Assembly: GCA_021789975.1 (NCBI GenBank)
Contig: JAJYIT010000018.1
Location: forward strand, 6,290-70,289
Origin: Bacteroidota bacterium
GTDB taxonomy: Bacteria > Bacteroidota > Ignavibacteria > Kryptoniales > JAKASW01
Length of the DNA stretch: 64,000 bases
Reading direction: 5' to 3'
Position 1 is the first letter of the stretch, and each line of letters opens with the position of its first letter. Shown piece by piece: positions 1 to 9,259 of the stretch. A program made the position numbers and the translations under genes. The notes under the pieces were generated by a model, which was not told the origin of the DNA, did not search any database, and saw nothing but the letters and a program-made list of their open reading frames with translations.

Positions 1-174
1 CTGCTTAAAGAGAGAGGTGCTGAAGTCGTTTAGCCTCCACTCAATTCCGATTTGGGTTTCCAACTTCAAAGGTCGCATGGGGAATCTTTTGAACATAGTC
101 TTCATCGACCCGTACTACTCTCTAACTGGTGTAACAACCTGTACCACCATCATCTAAAACCTGGAAATTAATCG

Positions 175-1023
175 ATGCGAAATAAGATGACATCACTGAC
201 GACACTCATCTCGGTCATGATAATCCTAACATCTGCAATTACGGTATGTGCTCAAAGCAGCAATAAGAGATTCAATGTAATTGCATTCTATACCGGAAAG
301 AACGATCCGGCGCATATAAGCTTCGTTCACGAAGCAAACGAGTGGTTTCCGAAAATTGCAAAGAAATACAACTTCGTCTACGATTCAACCAACAATTGGA
401 GCAACCTGAATGCCAGGTTTCTCGCGAACTACCAGGCAGTGATATTCCTTGATACTCGTCCGGAAGTGAAATCTGAGAGAGAAGCATTTGAGAAATACAT
501 GAAGGCAGGAGGCGGATGGATGGGTTTTCATTTTTCGGCCTTCGCTCTTACACCTTCCGCCTACCCGCAAAACTGGAACTGGTATCATAACGTATTCCTT
601 GGCTCGGGTTCGTACGTTAGCAACACATGGGGTCCGACCCCGGCGGTCCTACGAGTGGAAGTCCATAACCATCCTGCGACGATAGGATTACCGGATACAT
701 TTGCTTCAGCGCCGAATGAGTGGTACAGGTGGTCGAATGACCTGAGGAAGAATCCCAACATCGAGATTCTCCTGTCAATCGATTCGACCAGCTTTCCGCT
801 CGGAACGGGACCGAAACCTTCCGAGATCTGGCACAGCGGGTATTACCCGGTGGTCTGGACAAACAAGAACTACAAGATGATTTACCTCAACATGGGTCAC
901 AACGTTATCGATTACGCCGACGGAAGCGACAAAGTGCTTTCGCATACATTTGCCAACAAGATCCAGGATAAGCTGGTAATCAATGCGCTCCTGTGGTTGG
1001 GCAGGGGAAAGAAAGTTAGATAA
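175..1023 (+). CDS. ThuA-like (trehalose-utilisation family) secreted protein
   Basis: 282-aa ORF. N-terminal signal-like segment (LISVMIILTSAITVCAQ). The body resembles the ThuA/GATase1-like family (NVIAFYTG, GGGWMGFH, YPVVWT, INALLWL), recognised from memory. Confidence 0.75.
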   Translation: MRNKMTSLTTLISVMIILTSAITVCAQSSNKRFNVIAFYTGKNDPAHISFVHEANEWFPKIAKKYNFVYDSTNNWSNLNARFLANYQAVIFLDTRPEVKSEREAFEKYMKAGGGWMGFHFSAFALTPSAYPQNWNWYHNVFLGSGSYVSNTWGPTPAVLRVEVHNHPATIGLPDTFASAPNEWYRWSNDLRKNPNIEILLSIDSTSFPLGTGPKPSEIWHSGYYPVVWTNKNYKMIYLNMGHNVIDYADGSDKVLSHTFANKIQDKLVINALLWLGRGKKVR

Positions 1024-1037
1024 GGAAGTCGACTCGA

Positions 1038-1586
1038 TCAGCGCGTCCGCCTTGCACGAAACTCCCCCTCAAGTTTCCATGTCTTCCCGTCCGTCATCAG
1101 TGATTCACCTGTCCAGTGAAATGAAGCGGCCGTAATTTCCGTAAACATCCATCGTGTCGGCGTTCCATCGGGACGCGCCCCGACCTGGACAATATCGTCA
1201 CCACTCCTTCTGCCGATCTGCTGCTCGTAGTGACCTCTGGCGGGATTAATCCATGTTATTCGCCACGCATTAATCGTCGGGTCCCATACCCGTAGAGTGG
1301 TTCCATACATGTCGTTGAACTTATCCGTGGCCGGAGTTCGTTCCGAAACACGCGGCATGATCCACACGTCCTGAACTGCACGTCCTTCAAGCACCCAACC
1401 GAAGTGAACCTCACCCTTTAAGCCCAGCGGGGATGTATCAGCACCGCGGTAGTGGAGGACGTCGATTTCCCAGCCTCCGACAAGCCAGCCATAAACATCT
1501 TCGCTTTCAGGAATCTCTGCTGATCGCCCTGCGGCCAGCAGCGCCGAACCAAAACCATCCGGCAGATCATTTTTCAACGCATTCAC
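1038..1586 (-). CDS. conserved hypothetical protein (possibly DUF1579/lipocalin-like beta-barrel)
   Basis: 182-aa ORF that fills the gap between neighbouring genes. W/G-rich beta-strand-like pattern (GWLVGGWEIDV, WRITWINP, FHWTGES). The family assignment is tentative. Confidence 0.55.
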   Translation of the reverse strand: MNALKNDLPDGFGSALLAAGRSAEIPESEDVYGWLVGGWEIDVLHYRGADTSPLGLKGEVHFGWVLEGRAVQDVWIMPRVSERTPATDKFNDMYGTTLRVWDPTINAWRITWINPARGHYEQQIGRRSGDDIVQVGARPDGTPTRWMFTEITAASFHWTGESLMTDGKTWKLEGEFRARRTR

Positions 1587-1644
1587 CCTATGTTCCTTTC
1601 ATTATAGTCTGTACCTGATTCGAATAGGAATGCTCACCTGGAGA

Positions 1645-2127
1645 TTACAAGAAGTGTATCATGCCCCCGAAGTTATGCTTCGACGAGACCATCTTCTTTA
1701 TGAATGCAATCTGGGCAAGATGGTATATATCGTGTTCCATGATGCTGTTCAAGAGGGTCTCCTTCACCTGCATGTCATATCTATCCTCTTCGAGGATGGA
1801 GATAAGCTCCTTGTGGTTCGTCTCGAATCCGGTAACCAGGCTGCGCCACGCGGTCTTTTCGTTTTTGTCGATTCTCTTCCAGTCGAACGACAGCTCCTGA
1901 TCAATCGTCGCCGTTGGATCTCCTTTCGCACGTTTCAAGTAGACCTCTTCCCACCCGATGATATGCGCGACCAGTTCTGCAGCGCTGTGTGTGTTCTTTT
2001 CGGCATTCTTCAATGCCCCATCTGAAGTAACCCCTTCTAAGATTTTCATTGCGGCATCGCCGTATGAAGCGTCGCCGTTGAAGAAGTTGTTTGCCCGGCT
2101 GATAAGTTCTTTGGTATTCATTTCCAT
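1645..2127 (-). CDS. DinB-family (four-helix bundle, metal-binding) protein
   Basis: 160-aa ORF with DinB-like His motifs (HSAAELVAHIIGWE ... MEHDIYHLAQI). Confidence 0.75.
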   Translation of the reverse strand: MEMNTKELISRANNFFNGDASYGDAAMKILEGVTSDGALKNAEKNTHSAAELVAHIIGWEEVYLKRAKGDPTATIDQELSFDWKRIDKNEKTAWRSLVTGFETNHKELISILEEDRYDMQVKETLLNSIMEHDIYHLAQIAFIKKMVSSKHNFGGMIHFL

Positions 2128-2326
2128 TTCTCCACAATTTTCTTTTGTCAGGTAAAATTACGGAGAGGAAGACGGCAGGACTTAAGAAATCCTGCTATTC
2201 TTAAACAGGAAAAGATCTTCACCGCGAACCTGCCTGCCGGACAGGCAGCGACGCCGAGTCGAAGAGTATTTAAAGACTCCAGTCACGGACTTAGCGTCCC
2301 TGCGTCCTGGCGGTCATCTGTTCTTG

Positions 2327-3253
2327 CTAGATTCTGCCGCGGTGCTTCGACGGAGACATCTTGTACTTCTTTTTGAATGCCGCCGAGAAATATTCCAGGC
2401 TTTCAAAACCAGAGGTACGACAGATATCCGTGATCGCAGCAGCCGTGTTCCGAATCATGAGCTCCGCGTTCTTTAGCCGTGTGTCCATAAGATAGCGGTG
2501 GGGCGAGCAAGAAGTGAAACTTCTGAAGACTCTGCTGAAGTGGAACGGGCTTACATAGGAGTTGTCCGCTATCTCGCCGAGACTGAGATCCCTTGCATAG
2601 TTCGCGGCTATGTACTCCTTTGCCCTTTCCACCGTCTGCAAATGATGGTTCTTCAGCGAAGATGGAACACTCGTGCCACAGTCCCCATCTGCCAGCTTCC
2701 CAAGCGTCGAATTCAGGATTTCGTAAACAAGCGAGTCGATAAGCAAACGTGAATATTGTTTCGTCTTGAGAACGTGAACAACCCGGTTATGAAGGAAATC
2801 CATCGACGCGTCCGATCCGACAACAAGGAGCTGGACATCGTCGTCCTTGAAGAATCGTGTCGAGAGATTTGGGTACCGGTCCACCATTTCTTCGTAAAAT
2901 TCCGGGGAAAACACGAAGCTTGTGCATTCATCCGGAATGTGGTACACGTGGTTGACAGTGTGTTCGTGGTCAGGCTTATTCAAAGTTATTCGACCGTTAT
3001 AAACGTCTACGGAATTCCTGAACACGTTATAGATGTAATTGCCCTTCCGGGTAAAACCCAGTGAGAATTCTGTCTGGTACTCGACATCAGAGTCTTCGCC
3101 CGCTATGGATTTGCATCTGAAGTCGTCTATCCGGTAGGAATCGGAGCGATATAGAGTTGTTATGTCGGCGTTCATAATGATGCTCAGGCGTTTACTCGAC
3201 AGCCTACGAGCCGATGGAGTGGATGTTTCGGATCCATTCAGAAGATTCTTCAT
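2327..3253 (-). CDS. AraC-family transcriptional regulator
   Basis: C-terminal double HTH (LSLGEIADNSYVSPFHFSRVFRSFTSCSPHRYL ... ITDICRTSGFESLEYFSAAFKKKYKMSPSKHR). The N-terminal ligand domain is unassigned. An alternative internal start is possible. Confidence 0.85.
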   Translation of the reverse strand: MKNLLNGSETSTPSARRLSSKRLSIIMNADITTLYRSDSYRIDDFRCKSIAGEDSDVEYQTEFSLGFTRKGNYIYNVFRNSVDVYNGRITLNKPDHEHTVNHVYHIPDECTSFVFSPEFYEEMVDRYPNLSTRFFKDDDVQLLVVGSDASMDFLHNRVVHVLKTKQYSRLLIDSLVYEILNSTLGKLADGDCGTSVPSSLKNHHLQTVERAKEYIAANYARDLSLGEIADNSYVSPFHFSRVFRSFTSCSPHRYLMDTRLKNAELMIRNTAAAITDICRTSGFESLEYFSAAFKKKYKMSPSKHRGRI

Positions 3254-3319
3254 CTATCTTTCGGTGCACAGTACACAAGGAGCCGCTGCTCGGCGCTCTC
3301 CGAATTTCCACCCCGACTC

Positions 3320-3649
3320 TCAATCGACTATCAAGAGTTTCGCTCCTATCTTTGTAAATGACCTCTGGGCCTCGGCGTTATCCGATACCAGGTAACACAT
3401 CCCTTTTGCAAGAGTGTCTTTCCTGCCATCACTCAATTCCGATTCGAACTCTCCATCCAGGACAAACACAATGTGTCCTTTCTGACACCAGTGATCGGCC
3501 AGATATCCCGGAGAGTATTCCACAATTCTTATCCTGAAATCACCCCTCTTCGCCGTTTTCCAGAGTGCCTTTCCGGTGACTCCCGTGTGCTCTTCGGGTT
3601 CGATGTTCTCGATGCCGATTATTTCGAAAGGAATATTCTTGATCTGCAT
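3320..3649 (-). CDS. small cupin-fold protein (DHCW-motif cupin family-like)
   Basis: 109-aa ORF with FRIRIVEYSPGYLADHWCQKGHIVFVLDGEF ... GAKLLIVD, typical of this small cupin family. Confidence 0.75.
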   Translation of the reverse strand: MQIKNIPFEIIGIENIEPEEHTGVTGKALWKTAKRGDFRIRIVEYSPGYLADHWCQKGHIVFVLDGEFESELSDGRKDTLAKGMCYLVSDNAEAQRSFTKIGAKLLIVD

Positions 3650-3703
3650 TCAGTCTGCCTCTCTTTAATTTGACATCTACTAATTTGATCGAGATACTGA
3701 GTG

Positions 3704-3846
3704 GTGTCCTAATTTATGTTTTCCTCAAACCGCGAAGATCACTAAGGTATGCTAAGAATCTTTTAGCGATACAGAACTTCGCGATCCTTGCGATCATTGC
3801 GGTTCATTTACTTTACTTTTTTGAAGTGAGATTCAAATTAGGACAC
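3704..3846. repeat. nested imperfect inverted-repeat intergenic element
   Basis: Perfect 12-bp outer inverted repeat GTGTCCTAATTT (3704..3715) / AAATTAGGACAC (3835..3846). It encloses an inner imperfect repeat AAACCGCGAAGATCAC (3728..3743) / GCGATCATTGCGGTTC (3790..3805), matching 12 of 15 positions. Confidence 0.45.
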
Positions 3847-3946
3847 TTCCAGATACTGGGGCTTCGGCCAATTTACTTAATCCATTAATTCACGGTGTAC
3901 CAAGATAAATGCAACCTGGATTTCCTCCTCTTGGGCAGTCACATTG

Positions 3947-4492
3947 TTACTCGCGCTCGCACAACTCTTTCAGAGTGACAAGCTGTTTCCGCATCATGAT
4001 GAAATCTCCCCAGGGAAGAAGCGGGCCAATCCATGAATAACGGAGACAGTCAGTCCGTCGGATAAGCAGCTTGACAACGAGCCGGGTTTCAGATGCGGAA
4101 TTCGTTTTGATAACATAGCTTGTAACCACTTTTCCGTAAACGCGCTCGAAAGCTGAGTCGTTTAAGCCGAGTGTAATTTGTTTGTCCGGCTCGAATTCGG
4201 CGAGATCGAAGATTCCCATGAATTTCCGACCCACAACGAGATTGTCGAGTCCCGGCTGGAGCTCCCGCGGACTGAGTTGCCCACGATTGTCAAGCCAGTC
4301 ATAGCTGTATGGTGCGACCTGAAGCTGGCAGATCCACCTGAAGACCGTGGACCGATCAGCTTGAATCGACACTGCTCGGAAAATGGTATCGTTGACATCT
4401 GATAAATACTTGTCACAGGGAAATACGTACGATCTCTCCTCTTGTGTGGTTCCCCAATTGTAGGCAAATGAATTTCGGAAGATGTGTACCAT
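3947..4492 (-). CDS. SRPBCC-superfamily (START/polyketide-cyclase-like) protein
   Basis: 181-aa ORF of the right size, with a sequence pattern (VFRWICQLQVAPYSYDWLDN ... ETRLVVKLL) like SRPBCC ligand-binding proteins. Tentative. Confidence 0.6.
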   Translation of the reverse strand: MVHIFRNSFAYNWGTTQEERSYVFPCDKYLSDVNDTIFRAVSIQADRSTVFRWICQLQVAPYSYDWLDNRGQLSPRELQPGLDNLVVGRKFMGIFDLAEFEPDKQITLGLNDSAFERVYGKVVTSYVIKTNSASETRLVVKLLIRRTDCLRYSWIGPLLPWGDFIMMRKQLVTLKELCERE

Positions 4493-4524
4493 GGTCTCAA
4501 GCCGCTCGTTGCGACTTGTTCCTC

Positions 4525-5658
4525 TTAATCACCTCGGTCTACCTGCTTATTGTTCATGGAAGCAGTCACCGTCACTCCCATTTTGCGCATGTCGTTGAAT
4601 AAACGGGTAGGCTCAGCCAGGTGCCCCATCATCCATAGGCCGGGCTTTCTTGCCGAGCCATCCAAATATTGGAGCAACGTTGCAACGACGGGAATTGCCG
4701 TAAGCTCGTAGCCATCCCGGTGTGAAACAGTCGCGATAATGCTCTGAGTCCCGCCATCCCTGGTCCCCGTTGCCGCCACTCTGACAAGGCAGAGACATGG
4801 CGGCCTCGAAAATGTTCTCCACCCCCACCAAAGTAATTTTCCCATCGGTCTCACAGCTTTGATCGGAGCTACCTTCAATCCGACTAGAACGACAGGTGTA
4901 AGAAGCCAGTCGACAAACCAGTTCGTCCCGGACATGTAGAACCCCGTGCAGGTAAGTGTCGGATACATCGCAGGCAAATCTCTCATTTCCTCGAAGAACA
5001 TGGGGTAACAGTTCCGCGCACCGATCTCACCACCGAAATTCACCTTGTGTGACTTGAAGCCGCCTTGCTCCGTCCACTTTCCATCACGAAACGTATGCGT
5101 CTGATAGCTCTTGAAGATCTCCATGACTTCATCGACGGCCTCTGTGAATGGCAGGTTCTTGCCCATGTTTAAGTAACCGGCAACTTCGGCTGTCTTGAAG
5201 CGCTCGAACCACAATGCGGCGTACCTTACCATCGCAGATGGTAACCCGGGATGGAAACCTGCTTCTGTAATGAAGCAGAGACCGCGCTCTTCAATTTCCG
5301 ACGAGAGAGATTTCAACAAAGAAAGTTTGCGGGCGCTGACCTGAATGTCAAGATAATCTGTGCCATGATCCAGTGCCGTCTCAATAACTATGTCGGAATA
5401 CTTGGTCGTAGGCGCAGCCACGACCATGATGTCTATGCCGTCAAGTGCGTCGCGAAGGCTCTTTGCTTCTGCCGCGTCAGCATGGACGGCCGAGGCTCGA
5501 CTGCCGGCAAATTCAGAGTTCAAGTCATCGACAAATGCTTTCGCTTTGTCAACGTGCCGGGCGGCAATAACGATTTCGACCCCGGACTCTTCCATCAAAT
5601 GCCGCGCGATCAATTTACCAGCGAACCCGTAGCCGCCTATTATCAGAATTCTTGTTAT
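4525..5658 (-). CDS. saccharopine-dehydrogenase-like NAD(P)-binding oxidoreductase (no canonical start codon)
   Basis: The ORF track starts at an internal TTG (5613). The same open frame continues upstream and encodes the Rossmann motif TRILIIGGYGFAGK. The only plausible initiators there are ATA (5656..5658, 10 nt after an AGGAG), ATT (5647..5649) or CTG. Confidence 0.75.
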   Translation of the reverse strand: MTRILIIGGYGFAGKLIARHLMEESGVEIVIAARHVDKAKAFVDDLNSEFAGSRASAVHADAAEAKSLRDALDGIDIMVVAAPTTKYSDIVIETALDHGTDYLDIQVSARKLSLLKSLSSEIEERGLCFITEAGFHPGLPSAMVRYAALWFERFKTAEVAGYLNMGKNLPFTEAVDEVMEIFKSYQTHTFRDGKWTEQGGFKSHKVNFGGEIGARNCYPMFFEEMRDLPAMYPTLTCTGFYMSGTNWFVDWLLTPVVLVGLKVAPIKAVRPMGKLLWWGWRTFSRPPCLCLVRVAATGTRDGGTQSIIATVSHRDGYELTAIPVVATLLQYLDGSARKPGLWMMGHLAEPTRLFNDMRKMGVTVTASMNNKQVDRGD

Positions 5659-5691
5659 GGAAGCGGAGCTCCTATTTTATGTCACCGATAC

Positions 5692-6117
5692 TCAGGAGGC
5701 AATTGCCTCGGTCCTCATGCTTTCATCGCTTGCTCGGAGCGGTGCCGACGCTTTTCCGGGAGACTTGAATACTACCGTTGTGAAAAACTCGATAATTAGT
5801 CCGGATACTCCATTGGCAAGAGCATTCCCGATAGGCAGTATTCCCGAAGCCGGGTGCATCATGAAAAGTGAATAGGAGAATATCGATCCGACAACCAGCC
5901 CCATGATAACCCCGTTCCATGCCCAATGCACTCTGAGCGCCGAAATCCCGATAGCAAAACCCATCACTACTCCCCTGTTTAGAAATACCCACATCAAATC
6001 GACAGGTGTCAATTTTACAATCCGGATAGAAAGTCCTCCGGTCGCGCAGACCGCCCCGGCCACAAGGCCAAAGAGTGTTGAGACTACCACTCGCTTTACC
6101 GATAACCCGGAATTCAT
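5692..6117 (-). CDS. small integral membrane protein (about 4 TM), unknown function
   Basis: 141-aa hydrophobic ORF (LFGLVAGAVCATGG, VVMGFAIGISAL, GVIMGLVVGSIF, GVSGLIIEFFTTVVF). Preferred over the overlapping alternative-frame ORF 5723..6139. Confidence 0.55.
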   Translation of the reverse strand: MNSGLSVKRVVVSTLFGLVAGAVCATGGLSIRIVKLTPVDLMWVFLNRGVVMGFAIGISALRVHWAWNGVIMGLVVGSIFSYSLFMMHPASGILPIGNALANGVSGLIIEFFTTVVFKSPGKASAPLRASDESMRTEAIAS

Positions 6118-6164
6118 TTTCCTTTCTTCCTTCTTTCATATCCTCATTGAGCCAATGTCCTTAA

Positions 6165-7766
6165 TTAATCAAAATTTTGATTTGTAGCGGTCGGCAATAT
6201 TTTCTCCACCATTAGCAAGTTGAACAAGTCTCTTTCTTCTGCATTCGGCATGCGGGCAGACTTTTCAAACCAGATCAGCTCTTTCGAGGGGGCCTTCATC
6301 TGTGCGAAATATTCGGCGGCAAGATTAGACGGGCACTCGTAATCAAATCTTCCTTCCATGAAGAACGCCGGTACCTTCAATTCCGGTACGCTTTTCGCGA
6401 GATCGGCTTTCAGCAGCTCCGGCCAGAGATACTTCATGGAACCAAGGATCCCTCTGAAGAAATTCACCCGATCGATCAGGCTATACTCACGGGAGAAAAT
6501 CAGATTGCGCAACACATAGCCGAGGACCCCGTTCTTGCTTGAGTGGAATTCACCGCCCATGCGTGCGAGGCAGCTTCGCTCGGTGATGGTCTTTCTTTGC
6601 CAATCGCCATCGTAAGGCGGCGGTCCGATCTTCTTCAACGCGCGGACCACTTTACTGTCACCTCTATCTTTTGCTTGCTCAAGGGTCCATTGATAGGAAA
6701 CGGCCTCGCCATGTTCCATGTTAACCGCCTGCCCGATCCCAACGTAGCAGCAGTAAAGCTCCGGATATCTGGCGGCCGTCACTGCACCTATAACGCTTCC
6801 TCACGAATGGCCGACCAGGACAAGCCGCTCTTTTCGGAATTTCTTCAGGAGGTAGCGGGTCAATTCTCTTGTGTCCTCTACGAACTGGTTGATGTTCATT
6901 CTCCCGACTTCTTTAATAGCCTTGTACGATTTAGCTGCTCCCCGTTGATCCCAATTCACAACCGTGAAATACTTTTCCAGATGTTGGGTGTTCCTTCGGT
7001 TTGAGGTCATCTGCGAAGTTCCAGGTCCACCGTGGAGGTAAAGAATAATCGGATTGTCGATGTTCTCGGATCTCTCGAGGATCCACTGGTCGCCCTCTCC
7101 GATCCGGATTCTCTCCAACAGAGCAACACTCTTTTCCGCATTCCCGGAAGGATAAATTCCCGGTGTACCAGCTTGCAAAATTGACCGCGCCTTCGGGAAG
7201 AACATGGGCACCTGATTCTTGTAGCTTCGGTACTGATCTCCGAAGCGATTCTCCAATTCACGCTCTTCGCGCTTACACTGGACACTGCTCAGGACGAACC
7301 AGGCGATCCCGGCGATCAGAACTCCGGTATTGAGAATTAGTAAACCGGTGCCGCAGATCGTCACGCTGATGCCGACATACATCGGGTTCCTCGCGTACTG
7401 GTACACACCGTTCACGACCAGCCGCTCCGATTGACCGACGGCTCCTCTCCTTTTCAAGAAATAGATTCCGCTAATGAAAACGGGTAGGAATATGACGAGC
7501 AGCATGACTCCCAATCCAACCAGAATAGATACCGGTACGAAACTGATCCATTGATGTAACTGTGATATTCGAAGTGCAGCCGCGATCCTCGTGCTCACGT
7601 AAATGAACACCGCTATCCCGACCGCCACGCCGATAGGTGCGAGAAGAAATTTCACGTCTTCTTTATTGCTCTTTCTCAGAGATGGTGAGCCATTAGTGAC
7701 CATGGCTAACTGTGACCCCGGTAATGATGCGGCGAGATTCCGAGCGCCAAAATGAACTCCTTTCAC
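6165..7766 (-). pseudogene. ICMT/PEMT-like membrane methyltransferase fused to an alpha/beta-hydrolase (proline-iminopeptidase-like), interrupted by an in-frame TGA
   Basis: The N-terminal part has TM helices plus NPMYVGISV...RELENRFGDQYRSYKNQVPMFFP (an isoprenylcysteine carboxyl methyltransferase-type motif). The hydrolase part has ILYLHGGPGTS ... LVLVGHS-[TGA 6801..6803]-GSVIGAVTAARYPE. ORFs 6801..7766 and 6165..6782 are in the same frame. Confidence 0.7.
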
Positions 7767-8167
7767 AAACTATCGCAGTAGGCTAAAATTGGGCGATGGC
7801 ATACTTTAGACGATAATGGCTGACCAGAATTGTCAGCAGCGTCTGCAGAGACGGTTGCTTGAACTAAGCTGAACAACGGCTTTAGATCTGTCCCTCCAGA
7901 TAACTTGGCAGCGCCTCATGGTACGAACCGGAGCGTTGTCTTCAACAAGATTCATTTCTGCGGATTCAGCAGCCTCAGAAAGGACTACGGAGATTTGAAC
8001 AGCGAGGTTACAGGTTGTCGGTCGATGCTGGAGATCAGCAGCGCTTTCCGCGCCGTGCTACACTTCGTCACAGATCAGGCTGGAACCAAACGCCTTTGAA
8101 AACCTGTTGAAGCTGAAGAATCTAAATTGCACGCTCGGAATCCAATCCGTACAGAGAGGAGGAGAAC

Positions 8168-9103
8168 ATGTCAATCATCCAAACGAGGGGAATTGACTAC
8201 AGAAAAATAAAAAGAGTATTCAAGAGTAAAGCCACACTTGAAGGAGCCGGAGTGCATTTGAAACGCGCGTTTGGCTTCCACGAAGTAAAGATGTTCGACC
8301 CGTTTTTGCTGCTTGACGACTTCAGATCAAATAACCCGGAGCAATATTTGAAGGGGTTTCCCTGGCACCCACATCGCGGAATCGAGACAATTACTTATGT
8401 GCTCAAAGGCGATGTCGAACACGGCGACAGTATGGGAAATAAGGGAAATATCTCGGCCGGAGACATACAGTGGATGACCGCAGGCAGCGGAATCATTCAC
8501 CAGGAAATGCCGAAGGGAAACGATATTGGAGAGATGTACGGGTTCCAGTTGTGGGCGAACCTTCCAAAGACGCATAAGATGATGGACCCGCGCTACCAGG
8601 AAGTGAAGAACGGTCAGTTCCCTGTCGTTACGAGAGAAAACGGGACGACGATTAAGGTGGTCGCCGGAGAGGTTGAAGGAGTGAAGGGTCCGGTTACCGA
8701 CATAGTCATAACGCCACTTTACCTCGACGTCACGATGCCGGCAAACGCGAGCTTCGATCTGCCGACAACAAAGGGCCACACCGTGATCGCGTATGTTATC
8801 GACGGCAAAGGATACTTCACCCGCGATAAAGACCTTTTTTCGTACGAAGTGGAAAGCAGTGAAGAAACGAACGACGAGAAGAAACAGATAATCGACAACG
8901 AGAGCCTCATTCTTTTCGACGACGGTGAAGCGGTGAGCGTTACCACAGCAGATGAACCTGTCAGGTTCCTCCTGTTCTCAGGGAGACCGATCGGCGAACC
9001 GATAGCATGGTACGGCCCGATAGTCATGAACCACCAGGGAGAACTTCAGCGGGCGTTCGAGGAATTGGACAATGGGACGTTCGTGAAGAAGCACAACGTC
9101 TAA
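8168..9103 (+). CDS. pirin-family protein (bicupin)
   Basis: GFPWHPHRGIETITYVLKGDVEHGDSMGN, QWMTAGSGIIHQEMP, GFQLWANLP: canonical pirin motifs. RBS GGAGGAG lies upstream of the ATG. Confidence 0.9.
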   Translation: MSIIQTRGIDYRKIKRVFKSKATLEGAGVHLKRAFGFHEVKMFDPFLLLDDFRSNNPEQYLKGFPWHPHRGIETITYVLKGDVEHGDSMGNKGNISAGDIQWMTAGSGIIHQEMPKGNDIGEMYGFQLWANLPKTHKMMDPRYQEVKNGQFPVVTRENGTTIKVVAGEVEGVKGPVTDIVITPLYLDVTMPANASFDLPTTKGHTVIAYVIDGKGYFTRDKDLFSYEVESSEETNDEKKQIIDNESLILFDDGEAVSVTTADEPVRFLLFSGRPIGEPIAWYGPIVMNHQGELQRAFEELDNGTFVKKHNV

Positions 9104-9259
9104 CTGAAAATAGAAACGCGATTTTGAAGTCACCGGGCCGCCAAATCGCATCCGGTCCGAAGTCAGAACTGTGTAGCAAACACCGTCCGTGCGAAACGGA
9201 CAGGCCCAACAATTCGAGAGACGCCTCCAGAGCTTCTTCGGTGCACGAAGCGTCGGTCT

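Noticed and set aside
1-33. Possible 3' end of a + strand gene (…LLKERGAEVV*) at the window start.
   Set aside because: Only 10 codons are visible, which is too short to support any call.
3670-3888. 72-aa ORF in the cupin/SRPBCC spacer.
   Set aside because: It coincides with the nested inverted-repeat element, has a low-complexity hydrophobic translation, and has no RBS. It is most likely an artefact of the repeat.
6801-6803. Possibility that TGA is recoded genome-wide (code 4 as Trp, or code 25 as Gly), because TGA replaces the Trp of GHSWG.
   Set aside because: TGA terminates many well-supported genes here with tightly spaced downstream starts (15762..15764, 60615..60617, 63199..63201, 40537..40539). 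The other in-frame stops are TAA. A point lesion or local readthrough is more parsimonious.
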